Origin: a virus
Taxonomy: Duplodnaviria; Caudoviricetes
Reading direction: 5' to 3' (one strand)
DNA: 28,574 nt
Virus record (IMG/VR): IMGVR_UViG_3300034356_003525
Span: 1 to 28,574 of that record
Part shown: positions 23,947 through 28,574 of the stretch, piece after piece
Layout: every line of letters begins with the position of its first letter
Position numbering within the stretch: position 1 is the stretch's first letter
Position numbers and translations under genes: made by a program
The notes under the pieces: generated by a model
Seen by the model: the letters and a program-made list of their open reading frames with translations, nothing else
Database searches by the model: none
Told to the model about the DNA's origin: nothing

Positions 23947-24722
23947 CCGAAAACATACATCCGTCACTATCTGGAATGACAATACCGATAAGTCAATTGC
24001 GTCAACTTGAGAACAATCCACGACGTGGAGATGTTGGTGCGATTATTTCCTCTTTTAAAGAATTTGGACAAGTAACCCCAATAGTCGTTAAAGACAATGG
24101 CGATTCAACATTTACTGTCATATCTGGAAACCACAGACTTGCGGCTGCAAAACAAATGGGATGGACAGAGCTTGCTTGTATTGATTTTGACGGAAGTGAC
24201 AAATCCGCAATTGCATTTGCGCTTGCCGACAACAAGACATCAGAGCTTGGTGAGACAGACCAATCAATGTTGATAGAAATGATTAACAGTATTTCTTCCG
24301 AATACGCTGAGCTTTTTGACAATCTAGGTTGGGACGATTTTGAGATAGCTTCACTTTCGGTGGACGAAATAAGAAGTTCAAAAAACGACAATCGTTCTGG
24401 TTATGTGGCTCCGCCAGAAGTAAATCCTTTCAAGCCGCAGAATGAAGTTTCTCCATCTGTGGAGAAAAACGCAAATGATGAAAACATCTATGTTGCTTCA
24501 GACGAAGTAAACGAGATGGAAGCTGTAACCCGTGGGAGCTCTGCTGTAAATATGAAGGGCGGAGAAAAAGCCGTGGTTCAATACACACTTGTTTTTGATG
24601 ACTCAACACAACAGCGTGACTGGTACGACTTTATTCGCTACATACGAAATGACCCTGGATATATCGGCGACACTACAGCTGCAAAGCTTGTTGACTTTAT
24701 TCGTTCTCATGCGGACTTCTAA
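23943..24722 (+). CDS. ParB/sulfiredoxin N-terminal domain protein
   Basis: LENNPRRGDV, FGQVTPIVV, VISGNHRLAAAKQMGW and ALADNKTSEL. Confidence 0.9.
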   Translation: MTENIHPSLSGMTIPISQLRQLENNPRRGDVGAIISSFKEFGQVTPIVVKDNGDSTFTVISGNHRLAAAKQMGWTELACIDFDGSDKSAIAFALADNKTSELGETDQSMLIEMINSISSEYAELFDNLGWDDFEIASLSVDEIRSSKNDNRSGYVAPPEVNPFKPQNEVSPSVEKNANDENIYVASDEVNEMEAVTRGSSAVNMKGGEKAVVQYTLVFDDSTQQRDWYDFIRYIRNDPGYIGDTTAAKLVDFIRSHADF

Positions 24723-25885
24723 TGCCTAGGCAGCGGATGTTTTTGTCAATGTCATGTGTTGATGCTGCGCGCGAGAGAATGCGTCACATATACGACACCT
24801 TTGACACTGTATGCATACAGTTTTCGGGTGGCAAAGATTCAACAGCAATACTTTACTTAGCAAAAGAAATACACGAAGAACGTAATCTTGGGCCGGTAAA
24901 AGTTATTTTTCGAGACGAAGAAATGCTGAGCCCGACAATTGTGAAGTTTGTTGAAGAAGTCAGAAACTACGACTGGGTTGACATGGAGTGGTACTGCTTG
25001 CCAATGGGTACAGACGTTTGGGTGCTTGGGAGACGGCAATATTGTTTGCTCTGGTCGGCTCAGCGTGCTAGAGAGGGCCGCCTAGCCAGAGAGATGCCGG
25101 AATGGGCCATAACCGCAGAAGACTTCGGTCTGGACTCCAACAAACCAATACCCCAGACGATTGACTACTACACGATGCAAGGTAAAAAGGGAAAAGTTGC
25201 ATTCGTGATGGGCGTTAGGGCAAATGAATCAATGATTCGTTATCGCTCACTGGTGCAGAAACTTCATGAGAATTATATAGTTGTACCGTATCGTTCAAAA
25301 CGAAATATACCGCTTCGTTTTGCAAAGCCAATTTACGACTGGACAACCGATGATGTTTTTAAATTCATTGTCGAAGAGCACGGTGCAACATATTGCGAGT
25401 ACTACGACCTAGCTTCATCAACAGGAAGCAACACCCGTGTGGGAATACCTTTACACGCAGTCGCTGTTAGGCGAATAGGAGATGTGGTTGCAACGGAACC
25501 AGAATTCTATGACCGACTTTGGGAAATATTTCCACACCTAGATGCCCAGAGGAGAGTTTGGCCAGACTACGACATAGAGATGGTCATAATGCGTTATGCA
25601 AAAAGTGGGTGGGATGGGGTCAGGCGGTGCATTGAAGAAAACATCCTTACAAAAGGTTTGGCCCAGCGAGCTTTTTCCTATTCCGCAGATTTCCGCAGGA
25701 AGAGTATGAAAGAACCGCTCTCCTACCCTGTCCATTGGCTGATTAGAAATCTTTTAATGCACGAATTTATTGGAACTTCTCCGCACCCGATTGGACCAGG
25801 AACAAAGGCTTACTCACTTGCAATGAAAGAAGCCTCCGAACTTGCTGACATGGACTCCCTTGACATAACCGACGAGAAAATGTAG
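24722..25885 (+). CDS. PAPS-reductase-family PP-loop protein (IbrA/YbdN-like)
   Basis: QFSGGKDS PP-loop, VIFRDEE, MGVRANESMIR and KPIYDWTTDDVF. Confidence 0.88.
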   Translation: MPRQRMFLSMSCVDAARERMRHIYDTFDTVCIQFSGGKDSTAILYLAKEIHEERNLGPVKVIFRDEEMLSPTIVKFVEEVRNYDWVDMEWYCLPMGTDVWVLGRRQYCLLWSAQRAREGRLAREMPEWAITAEDFGLDSNKPIPQTIDYYTMQGKKGKVAFVMGVRANESMIRYRSLVQKLHENYIVVPYRSKRNIPLRFAKPIYDWTTDDVFKFIVEEHGATYCEYYDLASSTGSNTRVGIPLHAVAVRRIGDVVATEPEFYDRLWEIFPHLDAQRRVWPDYDIEMVIMRYAKSGWDGVRRCIEENILTKGLAQRAFSYSADFRRKSMKEPLSYPVHWLIRNLLMHEFIGTSPHPIGPGTKAYSLAMKEASELADMDSLDITDEKM

Positions 25886-25894
25886 GGTTTAGAG

Positions 25895-26452
25895 ATGACT
25901 GATTCTCCAATAAATAATGTTTCTTGGGTTGAAATTGAGAAGCTGAAGCCAGCCGACTGGCGGTCCACTCATACTCTTAAACCAGACCTGAAGGTTCTGG
26001 CCGGCTCAATATTGGATTTTGGCTGGACTAGCCCAATTGTTGTTCAAAAAGATTCATTCAAAATAATTGATGGATTCCATAGGTGGGTGTGCGCTCAGTC
26101 AGAACAAATAAAGAAGATGAGCAATGGCATGGTTCCTATTGTGATTGTCAATGTTGATGAGATAGATGCAATGCTCATGCATGTGAGGCTCAATCGAGGC
26201 AGGGGTGATGTCGTCACCAAGCACCTATCAAACCTTATTCGCTCAGTTGTGCATTCAAAGAAGTACTCAATTGAGCAAATAAAAGACCTGCTAACTATGA
26301 GTAATTCTGAAATTGCAGCAATGGTTGACGGAACGGTTATCAAGCAACGAAAAATAAAAGAACACACATACTCGAGGGCATGGGTACCAATTGAGGCTCC
26401 AAGCCAGCCAGAAATGCCCTCCCTTGAGCGTCCTCCAAACGCCGACAGGTAA
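25895..26452 (+). CDS. ParB-like protein (IbrB/YbdM-like)
   Basis: SILDFGWTSPIVV, IIDGFHRW and HVRLNRGRG; directly follows the IbrA-like gene. Confidence 0.85.
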   Translation: MTDSPINNVSWVEIEKLKPADWRSTHTLKPDLKVLAGSILDFGWTSPIVVQKDSFKIIDGFHRWVCAQSEQIKKMSNGMVPIVIVNVDEIDAMLMHVRLNRGRGDVVTKHLSNLIRSVVHSKKYSIEQIKDLLTMSNSEIAAMVDGTVIKQRKIKEHTYSRAWVPIEAPSQPEMPSLERPPNADR

Positions 26453-26474
26453 GTTTCGGCTTTATTGCGGTGGC

Positions 26475-26485
26475 TGGTGTAAAAT
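26475..26485 (+). promoter_or_regulatory. Putative promoter motif TGGTGTAAAAT ahead of the neck/tail operon
   Basis: Fourth TGGTRTAnnnT copy, in a 61-bp gap upstream of GGAGG and the ATG at 26514. Confidence 0.55.
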
Positions 26486-26513
26486 ACTCCTAGTATTTGA
26501 CCCGGAGGTCCTA

Positions 26514-26786
26514 ATGAATTTTCCGTCGGATGTAGAGGATGAAGAGCTTACAGAAGAAGCTGTGGATGTTATTCCAGAGCTTGAGGAGACAGGAGCCGAA
26601 CTGGTTCCTGTGCCAACTCCTGCCCCACAAAGAAAACCAGCATGGTGGAGACGGGCTGTTGCGTATTCGGCAAGAAGACTGGCAGACAGGGTTCAGTTTG
26701 GTCGTGGCGCAAGACAAAGGACCCAGGCTGGCGAAGGTCGCAATTTAGCCGCGGAGGCAAGAGGCCGGATAACTGGAAGGGGCTAG
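26514..26786 (+). CDS. 90-aa protein with acidic N-half and Arg-rich C-half
   Basis: GGAGG at 26504-26508, ATG at 26514; start moved from 26391. Confidence 0.8.
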   Translation: MNFPSDVEDEELTEEAVDVIPELEETGAELVPVPTPAPQRKPAWWRRAVAYSARRLADRVQFGRGARQRTQAGEGRNLAAEARGRITGRG

Positions 26787-26793
26787 TTCAAAC

Positions 26794-27651
26794 ATGCTAG
26801 TCAGCTTACCCGAATTAAAAACATACATGGACATCTCTCTTACCCAGAGACAAGAAGATGCCGTCGAGATGATACTTCTTGGTTTGGAGAGTGAGCTTGA
26901 AGCTTTTCTTGGAAGACCAGTTACGCAGAATGAAGTAACCGAGGAGCATGTAATCCCTTCGTACTTCCAGGGCGTGCCAGCAACATCTTTTTTTTATGAC
27001 CATAGCCTGAGTTCGACCGATGATGGTATTAATTATATTCAGCCATCACAAATAATTTATGCAAGAAATTCACCAATAACAAATGTAAAAAAGGTTACTC
27101 TTGCAAATTTGGCTTCCATTCCAGTCAATCTCGCTGAAGCAATGCAAAAAAAAGCCACGATAACATCTGCTTCGGCTAGTGGTTCTTCGGTCGTTTTTAC
27201 CGCAGACAACGACTTCACCATTGGTCAGAGAGTTACAGTTTCAAACATCAATCCTTCGACTCTCCAGATTAGCGGATTAGAAATAACAGCAGTAACTTCA
27301 ACAGCATTTACAGTTGGTGATGCTGCTGGAGCCACCGGTTCATATGTATCTGGTGGCTTAGCCACTGCCACAGGCAATGACTACACTGTGCATAGATACG
27401 GTATTGAGCTTTATAGAGGATTCCCAAATGACGTCGTAAGCATTACTTACACCGGAGGGCTTGACGGCTCTGCCATAAAAATGTTTAAGTTAATGATTCT
27501 GAGAGCTGCTTCTCGAGAAGTTCAAAACATGCACGACGATGTTGTTGGACTAAAAGATTTAAATACAAGAAATGTTGCACCTCTTGAAACAGGGTTCCTT
27601 GAAAAAGAATTAGCAGCAATGAAGTCTTACAAGAGAAGACGAATTGCATAA
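26794..27651 (+). CDS. Head-tail connector/adaptor-like protein with an inserted beta-rich domain
   Basis: MLVSLPELKTYM, ESELEAFLGRP and VSITYTGG fit gp6/gp15-like adaptors; located before a virion morphogenesis gene. Confidence 0.75.
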   Translation: MLVSLPELKTYMDISLTQRQEDAVEMILLGLESELEAFLGRPVTQNEVTEEHVIPSYFQGVPATSFFYDHSLSSTDDGINYIQPSQIIYARNSPITNVKKVTLANLASIPVNLAEAMQKKATITSASASGSSVVFTADNDFTIGQRVTVSNINPSTLQISGLEITAVTSTAFTVGDAAGATGSYVSGGLATATGNDYTVHRYGIELYRGFPNDVVSITYTGGLDGSAIKMFKLMILRAASREVQNMHDDVVGLKDLNTRNVAPLETGFLEKELAAMKSYKRRRIA

Positions 27652-28247
27652 TGGATTCTCCAAGACAGATTTACCGCTCTTTAAAACTTGACACTGATTT
27701 TGATAAAAAATCATTGTTAAAAGTAATTGGGGAATTTAAGGCTTTAGAGAATTCTATTGATTCTATTGGCTCAAGCAGGCCGGGTGGTTCACGAGTTGAA
27801 TTTGAACCAGACTTTTCCGAAGCCTACGAAATGCTTGCGGAAATAGGCACCAGGGGTTCATTTACTTCTCCAGTATTTCCGGTTTTAAAAAAACAGGTAC
27901 AGGCAATGAATGCTGCAAACTTCGCAACAAACGGATTGCCTGTTGGTGGCTGGAAACCACTTGATGCAAAGTATGCTGCATGGAAATCAATACGTTTTCC
28001 AGGTGCCCCAACAATGGTTAGGACTGGCGCATTGATGGAGTCACTGACCATAACACCATTAGTTCAAAATGAAACAGCAACATCTTTTGAAATTGGCACA
28101 GCAATACCTTACGCAAGATTTCACCAAACTGGAACTTTTAAAATGCCAAAAAGACAAGTTGTTTACGAACCAGTTGGTTTTGCTGAATTTGCAAGTGGGA
28201 TAGTTGCTAACTATGTTGCCGGTATAAGCAAGGTTCCTGGTGTCTGA
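27651..28247 (+). CDS. Virion morphogenesis protein (Mu gpG / tail completion-like)
   Basis: GWKPLDAKYAAWK, MVRTGALMESL and IGTAIPYARFHQTGTFKMPKR. Confidence 0.85.
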   Translation: MDSPRQIYRSLKLDTDFDKKSLLKVIGEFKALENSIDSIGSSRPGGSRVEFEPDFSEAYEMLAEIGTRGSFTSPVFPVLKKQVQAMNAANFATNGLPVGGWKPLDAKYAAWKSIRFPGAPTMVRTGALMESLTITPLVQNETATSFEIGTAIPYARFHQTGTFKMPKRQVVYEPVGFAEFASGIVANYVAGISKVPGV

Positions 28248-28574
28248 TGCCTGCAGAAGTTATGTATGGACCACAGTATGCAAAGCAGTTCGTTAACGAA
28301 TATTTGATATCCGAGATGCCTACTAGGCTGAATCGTTATAGGAACTCATGGAATCTCAGCACAAGTGAGCTTCCGGATATAGAGGATATATTTGCCTATG
28401 AACCATTGGCTATGGACAAATGGCCAACAATAATAACTGTTGCATTGTCAACAAAGTCTTTAGCTCGTACTGGATTCAGCTCAACAAACAATCCTGAATA
28501 CAATGTTATTTACGCAATGCGCACATATGTGTGGGCACGTAGCGACGGCGCTCAAGACACCACCCTGATGAGAG
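28247..28574 (+). CDS. Truncated ORF, probable tail completion/terminator protein
   Basis: TGATG overlap; MPAEVMYGPQYAKQFVNEYL... is open to the window end. Function from position only. Confidence 0.75.
   Translation, partial: MPAEVMYGPQYAKQFVNEYLISEMPTRLNRYRNSWNLSTSELPDIEDIFAYEPLAMDKWPTIITVALSTKSLARTGFSSTNNPEYNVIYAMRTYVWARSDGAQDTTLMR

Larger units (their letters stand above)
1..28574. mobile_element. Tailed bacteriophage genome segment (head morphogenesis, packaging, recombination, neck genes)
   Basis: Terminase large subunit, portal, prohead protease, head-tail adaptor and virion morphogenesis genes; dense coding; no host housekeeping genes or integrase, so lytic versus prophage state cannot be told. 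Confidence 0.97.

Overview
Segment of a large tailed dsDNA phage genome (Caudoviricetes); an actinobacterial host is only an inference from gene content and apparently leaderless genes. The left 18 kb is a minus-strand head operon: small membrane protein, HK97-type portal fused to a MuF domain, a 2929-aa protein starting with an HK97-type prohead protease, four further probable head-internal proteins, and an unlisted ORF running off the left edge. The right 10.5 kb is mostly plus strand: terminase large subunit (divergent from the portal), Rad52/Sak plus RecB-like nuclease, HNH, RuvC, a ParB / PAPS-reductase / ParB cassette, and neck/tail-completion genes. No major capsid, small terminase, tRNA or CRISPR was seen. 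Two observations stand out. (1) A [GS]-P-x-G-x-M motif occurs 12 times across three head-operon proteins and falls between modules (HTH/sigma-region-4-like, WYL, OGFr-like and others); with a shared 30-aa tag this suggests a virion-packaged, proteolytically processed polyprotein cargo system. (2) An intergenic element at 22708-22773 has 17 nt perfectly antisense to 23S rRNA helix 69, directly behind a promoter-like motif and directly before a 17-bp hairpin. All family calls are from motif recognition by eye; no searches were run.
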